The notes: a model not told the origin generated them from the letters alone. Shown: positions 1 through 9,537, numbered from the stretch's first letter. The stretch is 64,000 nt of DNA from Verrucomicrobiia bacterium (GCA_049692125.1 JBAVOO010000057.1:2421-66420), one strand, 5' to 3'. A program made the numbers and translations.

Positions 1-993
1 CGGCGGGAGGAAATTGGTCAGCAGCAATTGAAAGGCGTTGCCATAGAGGCCTACCCAGGGATTATTTACGAGCGCGCGGGGCCCTTCGAGTTTCGCCCCC
101 GACCAATCCCCGCATTGATGCACATTCACCATGGCCATCGGCAAAAAGGAAACCAGCGCCGCCAGCAGGATCACGAGGGTGGTGGCCGCCAGCCGGCGGC
201 GCAGCAGCGGGACGAGCGCAAAAATCAAAATCGCCCACGGTAGCAACAAAGGCAGGTTGCTGGGCTTCGCCCCGGTCAGGAGCGCCACGGCCAGGATCGA
301 ATACCACAAGTCCGCCAGCCGCCGCGAACCCCACGCGCGCGCGGCAAAATCCAGCGCGGCCAGCGCATAGACGGCGGGAAAAGTGTCATTGGCGATGCTG
401 CCGGCCTGGAGGAGAAAGGTGTAACCGGTGGGCAGCAGCCACATCCATTGCCAGGCGACTCGCGCTCGGACGCCCAGCCGCGTGAAGACGCTGAAAATCA
501 GTCCGGGCAAAAGCAGGAACGAAATGAAGTTGATGAGAAACAAGGCGCGGTCGGATTTGGTGAACAGCAGCAGCGGTGCGGTCAGCCATTCGATGCCGCA
601 GGCGCGGTCGTTCATCCGGACATTCGGCGTGTGAATCCACCACCATTGCCCGTGCGCGAGCCATTGCAACACGCGCGGCAGCCGATAATTCAACCCGGTG
701 TAATTGGTCGGCGCATACATGGCTCCGCCGAGAAAAATCAGAACCGCCAGCACGGCAAAGCCGAGTGGCAACGGCCGGCGAAACCGCCGCAGGATTTTTC
801 TTAAGCGCGAAGTTTTGTTGCCGGAAACGGATCCCAATTCCTTGCGGAAAAAGAAAACGAAGGCGGCGAAGGCGGCGAAAAGAATCGCATAGCCGGGGCG
901 ATTCAACTGCCCCAGCACGGACAGAGTCCAGCCCGCGGCAGTTGCGAGCGCGGAAACCCAAAGCCAGAGCCTGACGAGCGGAAGAAATGACAT
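1..993 (-). CDS. polytopic membrane protein, N-terminal 331 codons (3' end lies outside window); possibly GT-C-type glycosyltransferase
   Basis: Hand translation of the reverse strand from ATG at 993 stays open to position 1. It is absent from the ORF track because no stop falls in the window. Sequence MSFLPLVRLWLWVSALATAAGW...LLLFTKSDRALFLINFISFLLLPGLIF has many hydrophobic helices. Adjacent to glycosylation genes. Confidence 0.55.
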   Translation of the reverse strand, partial: MSFLPLVRLWLWVSALATAAGWTLSVLGQLNRPGYAILFAAFAAFVFFFRKELGSVSGNKTSRLRKILRRFRRPLPLGFAVLAVLIFLGGAMYAPTNYTGLNYRLPRVLQWLAHGQWWWIHTPNVRMNDRACGIEWLTAPLLLFTKSDRALFLINFISFLLLPGLIFSVFTRLGVRARVAWQWMWLLPTGYTFLLQAGSIANDTFPAVYALAALDFAARAWGSRRLADLWYSILAVALLTGAKPSNLPLLLPWAILIFALVPLLRRRLAATTLVILLAALVSFLPMAMVNVHQCGDWSGAKLEGPRALVNNPWVGLYGNAFQLLLTNFLPP

Positions 994-1212
994 TTTTACG
1001 CGGCGGCGACCGTAGGCGGATTTGCCTTGCGCGTCAAATGTTTTCTTCCCGCGCGCGCCGGTTTTTGAAAAGGCGGCCGGCCGGGTCAAAGAATGTTCAC
1101 CCTCGGGAATTATTTTATTACGCCGCCCAATCGGGGCCCCGGCTCAAATACGCTTGCAGTCCTGCGTCAGTCTGTTTCCATTGCGCCACTGCCTGTTGGG
1201 CAAAGAAAAATT

Positions 1213-2805
1213 ATGCACTGTGTCATCGGTTCCGGTCCCGCAGGCGTTGCCTGCGCCCGGGCGCTGCTCGCCCGCGGCGCGAACGTGTTGATGCTGGACG
1301 CCGGACTTGAATTGGAGCCGGAGCGCGCCCAAGTCGTCCGCGAACTCGCCTCCGTCAGGCCATCGGAATGGCGGCCCGGGCAGGTCGCCAAATTGAAAGA
1401 AGGCATGGCCGCCGGCGCCAAAGGCATTCCGCTCAAATTGATTTTCGGCTCGGACTATCCCTACCGCGAAACGGAACAGCACATTCCCTGGCAGGGACAG
1501 GGCGTGGGCCTTCGCCCCTCGCTGGCGCTGGGCGGCTTCAGCACCGTCTGGGGTGCGGCCATGCTGCCGTACCGGGACGCGGACCTGGACGACTGGCCCG
1601 TCAAAAACGTGGACCTGGAACAACATTACCGCGCCGTGACCGAATTCACCGGCCTGGCCGCGCAGCGCGACGATTTGGAGGAGCTGTTTCCGCTGCATTG
1701 CGACCATCCGCACACCCTGCAACCCAGCGGGCAGGCCGGTTTGCTTTCCAGCAACCTCAACCGCCATCGCGCCAAACTCCGGGACCGCGGCTGGCGGTTT
1801 GGCCGCGCGCGGCTGGCGGTGCGCGCCGCCGACTCGCCGGCGGGCATCGGCTGCGTCTATTGCGGCCTGTGCATGTATGGCTGCCCCTACGGCTGCATTT
1901 ATAACAGCGCCGACACGGTGAACGGATTGCGCCGGGAGAAACAATTCACGTATCAACGCGATGTCATTGTCACGGCGCTGCGCGAACAGGCCGGCGAAGT
2001 CATCGTCGAAGGTCATCACCGCCGGGCGCGCGCGCCGCTTTCGTTTGACGCAACCCGCGTTTATCTGGCCGCCGGCGTGATTTCCACCGCACAAATCCTG
2101 CTGCGCTCCCAGTCCGCCTACGACCGGCCATTGCGTCTGTGCGACAGCCAGTATTTTCTTTTTCCGCTGGTGCTGGGGCGGCGGACACGCGGCGTGCAGA
2201 CCGAGCCGCTTTGCACGTTGAGCCAGTTGTTCATTGAAATTTGCCGGCCGGAAATCAGCCGCCGCACCGTGCATCTGCAGGTTTACACCTACAGCGATTT
2301 GATCGGGCAGGCCGTGCGGAAAACGTTTGGACCGCTCGCGCGACCGCTGGAAATTCTGGCGCGGCAACTGGAGGAGCGCATGGTCATCATCCAGGGCTAT
2401 CTGCATTCCGACGAATCGCAGACCATTTCCCTGACCCTCAAACGCGGCGGCGCCGACGGCCCGGACTGCCTGCAGGTGGCCGCGCAACCGAACCCGGCGA
2501 CACGCCGCACGGTCAAACGGGTGCTGGGTGAAATGCTGCGAAACTCGCGGCGGCTCGGTGGAATGGTTCTGCCGCCGATGCTGCAAATGGCCGAGCCGGG
2601 CCGCGGGTTCCACAACGGCGGCTCGTTTCCCATGCGCGAAAAACCGGGCGCGTTTGAAAGCGACCGCCTCGGCCGGCCCCACGGCTGGTCGCGCGTTCAC
2701 GCGGTGGACGCGACGGTGCTGTCCAGCGTGCCCGCGACGACCATTACTTTTTCCGTGATGGCCAACGCCCACCGCATCGGCTGGGAGGCCGCCAAACTGG
2801 ATTGA
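1213..2805 (+). CDS. GMC-family FAD-dependent oxidoreductase with embedded CxxCxxCxxxCP (4Fe-4S-like) motif
   Basis: ATG at 1213 gives MHCVIGSGPAGVACARALLARGANVLMLDAG (GxGxxG FAD fold). CVYCGLCMYGCP motif. C-terminal HAVDATVLSSVPATTITFSVMANAHRIG is typical of the GMC C-terminal domain. Confidence 0.8.
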   Translation: MHCVIGSGPAGVACARALLARGANVLMLDAGLELEPERAQVVRELASVRPSEWRPGQVAKLKEGMAAGAKGIPLKLIFGSDYPYRETEQHIPWQGQGVGLRPSLALGGFSTVWGAAMLPYRDADLDDWPVKNVDLEQHYRAVTEFTGLAAQRDDLEELFPLHCDHPHTLQPSGQAGLLSSNLNRHRAKLRDRGWRFGRARLAVRAADSPAGIGCVYCGLCMYGCPYGCIYNSADTVNGLRREKQFTYQRDVIVTALREQAGEVIVEGHHRRARAPLSFDATRVYLAAGVISTAQILLRSQSAYDRPLRLCDSQYFLFPLVLGRRTRGVQTEPLCTLSQLFIEICRPEISRRTVHLQVYTYSDLIGQAVRKTFGPLARPLEILARQLEERMVIIQGYLHSDESQTISLTLKRGGADGPDCLQVAAQPNPATRRTVKRVLGEMLRNSRRLGGMVLPPMLQMAEPGRGFHNGGSFPMREKPGAFESDRLGRPHGWSRVHAVDATVLSSVPATTITFSVMANAHRIGWEAAKLD

Positions 2806-2905
2806 ATTGATTCACGGCAAATTGTATGTGGATTGGCAGGGCCGCGCGTCCGCACGGCCACCCGTGCGGCGCAGCAGCGCCGCCCTACCTTGGTTGGGTA
2901 ATGAC

Positions 2906-3796
2906 ATGAGCAACCCGATAAACGAAAAAACTTCGAGACCGGTTTGCGCGATCACCGGCGCCGGCGGTTACGTCGGCGGCTGCCTCAAAAATTTCTTCGC
3001 GTCGCGCGGCTGGGAAATTTTGGAACTGACCCGCCGGCCGAAGCCCGGCGCGCGGGCGGTGGCGTTTCAACTGGGCGCGGAAATTTCCCCGCCAGTGCTG
3101 GCCGGAGTGGCCGCGCTCGTTCATTGCGCGTATGACTTCAAGCCGTTGCGCCGGGAGGAAATTTGCGCGGTGAATGTGGAAGGGACGCGAAAAATTCTCC
3201 AGGCGGCGGGCGCGGCGGGCATCAAAAAAATCGCCTGCCTTTCCTCCATCAGCGCCTATGACGGTTGCCGGTCGCTTTACGGCCGGGCGAAACTGGAGAT
3301 CGAAAAAATCGCGCTGGACAACGGCGCGCTGGCGATCCGGCCCGGTCTGGTTTACGGCAGCGGCCCGGGCGGAATGTTCGGCAAACTGGCCGCCCAGGTC
3401 CGCAAGTCGTCCATAATTCCGATGATTGGCGACGGCTCGCAGATCCAATTCCTGGTTCACAACGAGGACCTGTCGGCGTTCATCGAAAAATTCGCCGCCG
3501 GGAAAATCCAGGTTGCGCCGCGCGTTTTGACCGCCGCGCACGGGCAGCCGTGGCCGTTCAAACAACTGCTGCTGGAAATCGCGCGTGGACTGGACAAAAA
3601 GGTAAAATTCATTCCGCTGCCCTGGCGGCTGGTCTGGGCCGGATTAAAATCGGCTGAAACGTGCGGGTTGCGATTGAATTTCCGCAGCGACAGCCTGGTG
3701 AGTTTGATGCATCAAAATCCCAGCCCGGATTTCGGGCCAAATGCGGAGGCCGGATTGATCTGCCGCCCGTTTCAGATTGAGACGCTGCAGTTCTAG
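2906..3796 (+). CDS. NAD-dependent epimerase/dehydratase (extended SDR)
   Basis: CAITGAGGYVGG Rossmann motif and YGRAK (YxxxK) catalytic motif. Start chosen at the in-frame ATG 2906 (MSNPINEK). Confidence 0.8.
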   Translation: MSNPINEKTSRPVCAITGAGGYVGGCLKNFFASRGWEILELTRRPKPGARAVAFQLGAEISPPVLAGVAALVHCAYDFKPLRREEICAVNVEGTRKILQAAGAAGIKKIACLSSISAYDGCRSLYGRAKLEIEKIALDNGALAIRPGLVYGSGPGGMFGKLAAQVRKSSIIPMIGDGSQIQFLVHNEDLSAFIEKFAAGKIQVAPRVLTAAHGQPWPFKQLLLEIARGLDKKVKFIPLPWRLVWAGLKSAETCGLRLNFRSDSLVSLMHQNPSPDFGPNAEAGLICRPFQIETLQF

Positions 3797-4986
3797 CCGC
3801 CCGGCGGCATCGGCGGTCGGCGCGACACGGTTTTCAATCCCAGGACGCTCATGAAGAAGCTCGAGAAAACGGACTGGATGCCGAGAACAATGAGTGTCAC
3901 CGCCGGAATCAGCCGCCGCAGATTGTCCTCCGGCGGCAGGAGGCCATAATCCGCCTGTCGCCAAATCCACAAGGCACGGACCAGCAAAATGGTTCCCGCC
4001 AGCAGAATGGCCAGGCCGAGCAGGATGCCCTTTTCGAGCGTGAAAACCTTGAACACGCGCGTGAGCTTCGGGTCATCCGGCAACAATCCCTCCGCAATGG
4101 CAAACACCTTGGTGTAGAACGCGAAGGCCACCAGTTGAAAGCCGATGATGACCGTCATGCAGGCGATGGCGAGCGTGCCGACATTGAACTCCACCGCGCC
4201 CAGGTGCAAATCCGCGAACGAAAGCGCGACCGAGGCGGCCAGTCCCAAGACCGACAGCAGCAGTCCGGGCACGAGAAACAGCCAGCGCGGCGAGTAAAGC
4301 AGCATGAACCGCAGATGCCGCCAGCCGTCGCGCCACGGCTTCAAATGCGGCGGGCGCGAACGTCCGTCCTTGTGCAGCGTAATGGGGACTTCGGTGATCT
4401 TAAGCCGCTTGAGCGTGGCCTTGATGACCATTTCCGACGCGAACTCCATGCCGGTCGTCTGCAAATCCATTTTTTCAAACGCCGCCCGGGTGAAGCCGCG
4501 CAGGCCGCAGTGAAAATCGCGTGCCGGGCATTTAAAAAAAAGCTGCCCGATGAACGACAGCACCGGGTTGCCAATCCATCGGTTTTTCCACGGCATCGCG
4601 CCAGGCATGATGGTTCCGCCGCCCATCGGCAGCCGGCAACCCATCACCAGTTCAAAGCCTTCCTGAAATTTTTTCACGAAACCGGTGATTTCGGAAAAAT
4701 CGTAGCTGTCGTCAGCGTCGCCCATGAGAATCCACGGACCTGCCGCGGCCCGGATGCCCCCGCACAACGCGCTGCCGTAGCCCTTCTCCTTCACCGGCAC
4801 GACCCGGGCGCCGAGCTTTTCGGCGATGGCCTGCGAACCGTCGGTGCTGCCGTTGTCGGCGACAATGATTTCCCCGCGCACGTCGGAACGCTGGATGCCA
4901 AATCGGGCCTTTTCGATGCACTGGGCAAGGGTTTCCGCCTCGTTCAGGCATGGCATGACGATGCTGAGTTCAATGGAGTCGGTCAT
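3793..4986 (-). CDS. family 2 glycosyltransferase with C-terminal transmembrane domain (polyprenyl-phosphate glycosyltransferase-like)
   Basis: SIVMPCLNEAETL, ADNGSTDGS and GDADDSYD (DxD) motifs, followed by about 4 hydrophobic helices in the C-terminal third. Confidence 0.85.
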   Translation of the reverse strand: MTDSIELSIVMPCLNEAETLAQCIEKARFGIQRSDVRGEIIVADNGSTDGSQAIAEKLGARVVPVKEKGYGSALCGGIRAAAGPWILMGDADDSYDFSEITGFVKKFQEGFELVMGCRLPMGGGTIMPGAMPWKNRWIGNPVLSFIGQLFFKCPARDFHCGLRGFTRAAFEKMDLQTTGMEFASEMVIKATLKRLKITEVPITLHKDGRSRPPHLKPWRDGWRHLRFMLLYSPRWLFLVPGLLLSVLGLAASVALSFADLHLGAVEFNVGTLAIACMTVIIGFQLVAFAFYTKVFAIAEGLLPDDPKLTRVFKVFTLEKGILLGLAILLAGTILLVRALWIWRQADYGLLPPEDNLRRLIPAVTLIVLGIQSVFSSFFMSVLGLKTVSRRPPMPPGG

Positions 4987-5185
4987 GAGTCAAGCTTACT
5001 TGAACGCCCGGTTATCTGGCGAGCATGGGTTTTATAACTTATCGCAACGGGACCAAATCCTCATCGAGCGCGACCTCGCCGTCGGCGGCGTGCAATGGAT
5101 ACAGCGCCGGTAGCGTACGCCCGGCACAGTTCAGGTGCGCAAAGAACCAAACCCAGAGGAGGACAGCCATTGGCATGATCCCGCA

Positions 5186-5911
5186 TCAGTTCCGCAGAAA
5201 GTTGTATTTGAAAATGCACCAAAAGGCGTGAACTCCGTCTGGCCAGCCGATTTTTTTGCCTTCCGCGTAAGTGCGCCCGTAATACGAAATCGCCACTTCG
5301 TAGATGCGCACCTTCAACCGGGCCATTTTAGACACCACTTCCGGCTCAAAACCAAAACGGTTCTCTTCAATTTTGATCTGTTGAATGATTTCGCGCCGGA
5401 AAACTTTGTAGCAGGCTTCCATGTCCGTCAGATTAAGGTTGGTGGCCATGTTGGAAAAGGTGGTCAGGAGGTTGTTGCCCACCGAGTGCCAGTAATACAA
5501 CACGCGATGCGCCCCGGCGCCCAGAAACCGCGAGCCAAACACCACATCCGCCTTGCCGGATAAAATCGGTACGAGCAGCCGGTGATATTCCGTCGGATCG
5601 TATTCCAAATCGGCATCTTGAACCATCACGACGGGCGCGATCGCCTGGGCGAACCCTGTGCGCAAGGCCGCGCCTTTGCCCTGGTTTTGATCGTGTCGCA
5701 CCAACTTGACCCGTGAATCGCCCTTCATGGCCGCCTGCAACTTCTCCCAAGTGCCGTCCGTGGAAGCGTCATCCACCACGACCAGTTGCTGGACCGGACG
5801 CTGCGACAGCACGACCTTGATGACTTCGGCAACCGTCGCCGCTTCATTGTAAACCGGCATGACGACCGAAAGACACGGTTCAATGTCGGCGTTCGATTTA
5901 ATTTCGCTCAT
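5186..5911 (-). CDS. family 2 glycosyltransferase (dolichol/polyprenol-phosphate mannosyltransferase-like)
   Basis: SVVMPVYNEAATV, VDDASTDGT and QDADLEYDP motifs. Start taken at MSEIK (5911); the ORF is open to 5956. Confidence 0.85.
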   Translation of the reverse strand: MSEIKSNADIEPCLSVVMPVYNEAATVAEVIKVVLSQRPVQQLVVVDDASTDGTWEKLQAAMKGDSRVKLVRHDQNQGKGAALRTGFAQAIAPVVMVQDADLEYDPTEYHRLLVPILSGKADVVFGSRFLGAGAHRVLYYWHSVGNNLLTTFSNMATNLNLTDMEACYKVFRREIIQQIKIEENRFGFEPEVVSKMARLKVRIYEVAISYYGRTYAEGKKIGWPDGVHAFWCIFKYNFLRN

Positions 5912-6161
5912 TTGACAATTTGACCAAAGCAGTTCGGTTTGAACTGAAACTGGCAAAAACCGCGGAGCGGTTCAACCCGCAAATTGCACGGCGTGATAAT
6001 CCGGTGCGGGTTCTGGGAGCGCTGGCGTCCCCGCTGGCGAGTGGATAATCTGTCGTCCGTAGCGAGCCGGCAGGACGCCGGCGCTCCCGGGAGGAAAGGT
6101 CACGGCCATGATCATTGGCAAATTCGCTTTTCTTTCCCGGCCGCCCTTTTACGCTGTGGTC

Positions 6162-6647
6162 ATGCCTTCATTCGACATTGTTTCGCAGGTCAACTCGATG
6201 GAAATCGAAAACGCCGTCAACCAGGCCAAAAAGGAACTGGCCAACCGCTTCGATTTCAAGGGCAGCCAGGCGGAAATTGTTTTGGAAAAAAACGAAATCA
6301 AGCTCTCCGCCGAAGACCAGTTCAAAATCAATGCGCTCGTGGAAATCGTCATGGGTCGGCTCGCCAGGCGCAACATCAGCCTGAAAAGCGTGGAAAAAGC
6401 CGGGCCGGACGTTTCCCCGCTCGGCCACGCGCGGCAGAGCATCAAGATCAAGCAGGGTATCGAATCCACCGTCGCCAAACAAATCACCGGGTTCATCCGC
6501 GACGGCAAATTCAAGGTCACCACGCAGATTCAGGGCGACGCCATCCGCGTGACCGGCAAAAGCCGGGACGAATTGCAGGCCGTCATCGCCGCCGTGCGAG
6601 CGAAGGAATTACCCGTGGCCGTGCAGTTTGTGAATTTTAGGGAGTGA
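6162..6647 (+). CDS. yajQ: YajQ-family nucleotide (c-di-GMP)-binding protein
   Basis: MPSFDIVSQVNSMEIENAVNQAKKELANRFDFKG... is near-canonical UPF0234/YajQ sequence, about 161 aa. Confidence 0.9.
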   Translation: MPSFDIVSQVNSMEIENAVNQAKKELANRFDFKGSQAEIVLEKNEIKLSAEDQFKINALVEIVMGRLARRNISLKSVEKAGPDVSPLGHARQSIKIKQGIESTVAKQITGFIRDGKFKVTTQIQGDAIRVTGKSRDELQAVIAAVRAKELPVAVQFVNFRE

Positions 6648-6655
6648 AAAATGAT

Positions 6656-7600
6656 ATGAAATGTCCCGTTTGCGAAGAAGAGCTTAATCAAGAACTCAAA
6701 GAATTATCCGGACGAAATGTTGTGCGGTTTTCCTGTGCAAATTGCGGCACATTTGACACATCTGATGTAGCTAATTCTTTGGTTATCGGCCTTGGGCAAA
6801 ATCCGATTAAGCGCGCGGTATTAAGTTATTCATTGCGTAAAATGCAGGCGAGCGGAACGCCTTATTTAAACGAGAGCCTTCTCAAGAAAATTATTGAGAA
6901 ACCACTGCCTACATTACCGGAACAATGTGACAATCTGATTTTGTGGTTGGGTAACAGCTTAAGTTTTGGCGGACACCGCATCTGGATAAATCCCCAGACA
7001 CATCGAGCTGTATTGGGGGCTGTAAATGCGTTTGCCTTCGGTCAAGTTATCCGTCACCTCGTGAAGCAGGATCTTATTGAGGTTGATATGAGAGACAATG
7101 GTCTATACGCGGCACATACGACATTGTCAGTTGATGGATGGGCCTATTATGAAAAACTCCGCCGAAATAATCCGCAAAGCCGAGTTGCGTTTATGGCGAT
7201 GCAATATGGCAATCAGGATTTAGATCGGCTCGTCAAAGATTTCTTTAAACCCGCTGTTGCCAAAACCGGTTTTGACTTGCGAAGACTGGACGAGAAACAA
7301 CGTGCAGGTCTCATTGATGATCGTCTCAGAGTTGAAATCCGAAATGCGCGGTTCATGATCGCCGACTTAACAGACGACAATGAAGGCGCATACTGGGAGG
7401 CGGGTTTCGCTGAAGGCTTAAACAAGCCGGTCATCTTCATTTGTGAGAAAGCAAAATTTAAGGAGAAGAAAACTCACTTTGATACAAACCACCATTTGAC
7501 GGTTCAATGGGATAAAGACGCACCACAAGGCGCAGCCGAAGAGCTCCAGGCCACTATCAGAGCTACCTTGCCGGACGAAGCACGAATGACTGATGATTGA
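6656..7600 (+). CDS. Zn-ribbon / winged-helix-like / nucleoside 2-deoxyribosyltransferase-like (SLOG/TIR-like fold) protein
   Basis: N-terminal CPVC...CANC. C-terminal VAFMAMQYG...FMIADLTDDNEGAYWEAGFAEGLNKPVIFI matches the NDT-type signature (D.G..wE.G.A...KPV). AT-rich gene in a GC-rich context. GGGAG RBS about 12 nt upstream of ATG 6656. Confidence 0.6.
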   Translation: MKCPVCEEELNQELKELSGRNVVRFSCANCGTFDTSDVANSLVIGLGQNPIKRAVLSYSLRKMQASGTPYLNESLLKKIIEKPLPTLPEQCDNLILWLGNSLSFGGHRIWINPQTHRAVLGAVNAFAFGQVIRHLVKQDLIEVDMRDNGLYAAHTTLSVDGWAYYEKLRRNNPQSRVAFMAMQYGNQDLDRLVKDFFKPAVAKTGFDLRRLDEKQRAGLIDDRLRVEIRNARFMIADLTDDNEGAYWEAGFAEGLNKPVIFICEKAKFKEKKTHFDTNHHLTVQWDKDAPQGAAEELQATIRATLPDEARMTDD

Positions 7601-7616
7601 ACGGCCTGCCAAGAAT

Positions 7617-9011
7617 TCAAATCTCCACCGTCTGCTTGTATTCCGGCACGAGGACCTCTGCTTTCGGTTTCATGGCGCGCAAGGTTTCGGCATGAGCCAG
7701 GCATTGCGATTCTTCGCCGTGGATGCAGACGATTTTTTTGATGTCGCCGGAAATCTTCTCAACGTATCGCTTCAGCTCGCTTTTGTCCGCATGGCCGGAG
7801 TAGGTGTCGAGTGAAACAATTTTGGCGCGCACCGGCTGTGGTTCACCGAAAATATTCACCGGGTTCTGTCCGGCCACAATCTGCGCGCCCAGCGTGTGTT
7901 CCGCACAATAACCGATGAACAGAATCAGGTTCTTTGGATCGCTGATGTGATTTTTGAGATGATGTCGGATGCGCCCGGCTTCGCACATGCCCGATGCGCT
8001 GATGATGATGGCCGGTTCCTTCAAATCGTTCAGCTTCATCGAGTTTGCGACCTCACGGATGTAAGTCAGGTTTTCCATGCCGAAGGGGTTCGCCTTCTCG
8101 TGCAGGAATTGGTTGGTGCTGTCGTTGAAACATTCCGGGTGCAGGCGGTAAATCTCCGTGGCGTTCACACTCAACGGGCTGTCCACAAAAATCGGCGCGC
8201 GCGGCAATTTGCCCGCGAGCGTGAGCTGGTTCAGCACGTAAACAATCTGCTGCGTGCGCCCGACCGAAAACGCCGGGATGATGACCTTGCCTTTTTGATT
8301 CAAGGTCTCCAGCACAAGCCGGCCAACGGTCTGGTCGGCGTCGATGCGCACGGCGTGTTCGCGTCCGCCGTAGGTGGATTCAATCTGCAGATAATCCACG
8401 TTTTCGGTCGGTTGCGGGTCGCGGAGAATTTCATCGTTGCCGCGGCCCACGTCGCCACTAAACAGGTGACGGAATTTTCGATTGCCTTCGCGCACATCCA
8501 CAATGACCTGCGCCGCGCCCAGAATGTGTCCGGCGTCGCGAAACGTGATGGTGACGCCGTCCACAACCAGAAAGGGGCGTTCGTAACTGACGGCGACGAA
8601 TTGATGCAACGTTTTCTCCGCGTCAGGGATGGTGTAAAGCGGCTCGACCGGCGGGAGTTTTTTCTTCGCCCGCTGTTTCGAGACGAACGCGGCGTCGTCC
8701 ATCTGGATATGCGCCGAATCCACGAGCATGATGCTGCAAAGATCGCGCGTGGCGAAGGTGCAGTGGATGTTGCCGGTGTAGCCCTGCCGGACCAGGTTCG
8801 GCAGGTTGCCCGCGTGATCAATGTGCGCGTGGCTCAACACCACGGCGTCCACCTGCTTGGGGTCGAATGGAAAACAACAATTGCGCTGGATGGATTCCTC
8901 GCGGCGGCCCTGGAACAAACCACATTCAAGCAACCACCGCTTGCCGTTGACCTCGAACAGATACATCGAGCCGGTCGTGGTGCGTGTTGCGCCGAAGCAG
9001 TGGATTTGCAT
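7617..9011 (-). CDS. MBL-fold beta-CASP ribonuclease/hydrolase
   Basis: HAHIDHAGNLP (HxHxDH) motif, beta-CASP-type length of 464 aa, C-terminal RNA-specificity-like region. Confidence 0.85.
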   Translation of the reverse strand: MQIHCFGATRTTTGSMYLFEVNGKRWLLECGLFQGRREESIQRNCCFPFDPKQVDAVVLSHAHIDHAGNLPNLVRQGYTGNIHCTFATRDLCSIMLVDSAHIQMDDAAFVSKQRAKKKLPPVEPLYTIPDAEKTLHQFVAVSYERPFLVVDGVTITFRDAGHILGAAQVIVDVREGNRKFRHLFSGDVGRGNDEILRDPQPTENVDYLQIESTYGGREHAVRIDADQTVGRLVLETLNQKGKVIIPAFSVGRTQQIVYVLNQLTLAGKLPRAPIFVDSPLSVNATEIYRLHPECFNDSTNQFLHEKANPFGMENLTYIREVANSMKLNDLKEPAIIISASGMCEAGRIRHHLKNHISDPKNLILFIGYCAEHTLGAQIVAGQNPVNIFGEPQPVRAKIVSLDTYSGHADKSELKRYVEKISGDIKKIVCIHGEESQCLAHAETLRAMKPKAEVLVPEYKQTVEI

Positions 9012-9094
9012 GGGGCAATCGTGGTGCGTGTTGCGTGTTGCGTCAAGAAAATGGCTGCGGCCTTGGCATTCGGCAAAGATGGTTCAGCCGAAAA

Positions 9095-9198
9095 CTGAAA
9101 TCCGAAATGTCGATGCCGGCCCAACGAAACCATTCCTCCGTCGTTTTGTTTTCCAACCCGGGAATTCGGATTTCTTTCGGGTTTCGGGTTTCGGGCTT
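9095..9198. repeat. MITE/REP-like element with GAAATCCGAAAT / ATTCGGATTTC inverted arms (copy 1 of 3)
   Basis: Left arm ctgaaatccgaaat, right arm gaattcggatttctttcgggtttcgggtttcgggctt. The core gccggcccaac is shared with the copy at 51.8 kb. Confidence 0.65.
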
Positions 9199-9202
9199 AA
9201 TC

Positions 9203-9421
9203 TCAACTGTGCCGGTAAGTGATGCGCGCCTTGTTCAAATCGTAGGGGGACATCTCGACGTTGACCTTGTCGCCGACGCTGATGCGGATGAAATTTTTGC
9301 GCAGCTTGCCGGAGATATGTGCGAGCACTTCGTGACCGTTGGGCAGCGCCACACGAAACATCGTGCCGGGCAGCACTTGTGTAACGTTTCCACTTAATTC
9401 AATTGGCTCTTCTTTAGCCAC
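9203..9421 (-). CDS. infA: translation initiation factor IF-1
   Basis: GTG start gives (M)[70 protein letters not shown], canonical IF-1, 72 aa. Confidence 0.9.
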   Translation of the reverse strand: MAKEEPIELSGNVTQVLPGTMFRVALPNGHEVLAHISGKLRKNFIRISVGDKVNVEMSPYDLNKARITYRHS

Positions 9422-9537
9422 TATATGTCGTTGAATTATAAAAAGTAATACCATTCGCCCCACGAAAAATCAATTCATTTTCGCCGCAAAAATTCAGTGG
9501 ACATCCGCCGCCGTTTCGATAAAGTCACCGTAATCTT

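Noticed and set aside
1144-2772. 542-aa ORF antisense to the GMC oxidoreductase. Similar long antisense ORFs include 22736..23932, 35085..35831, 38304..39182, 41051..42289, 43225..44445, 49025..50668, 50856..51839 and 52359..53570.
   Set aside because: High-GC DNA keeps antisense frames open. Their products are Arg/Ala/Gly/Pro-rich low-complexity strings without motifs. The opposite strand encodes clearly recognisable conserved proteins.
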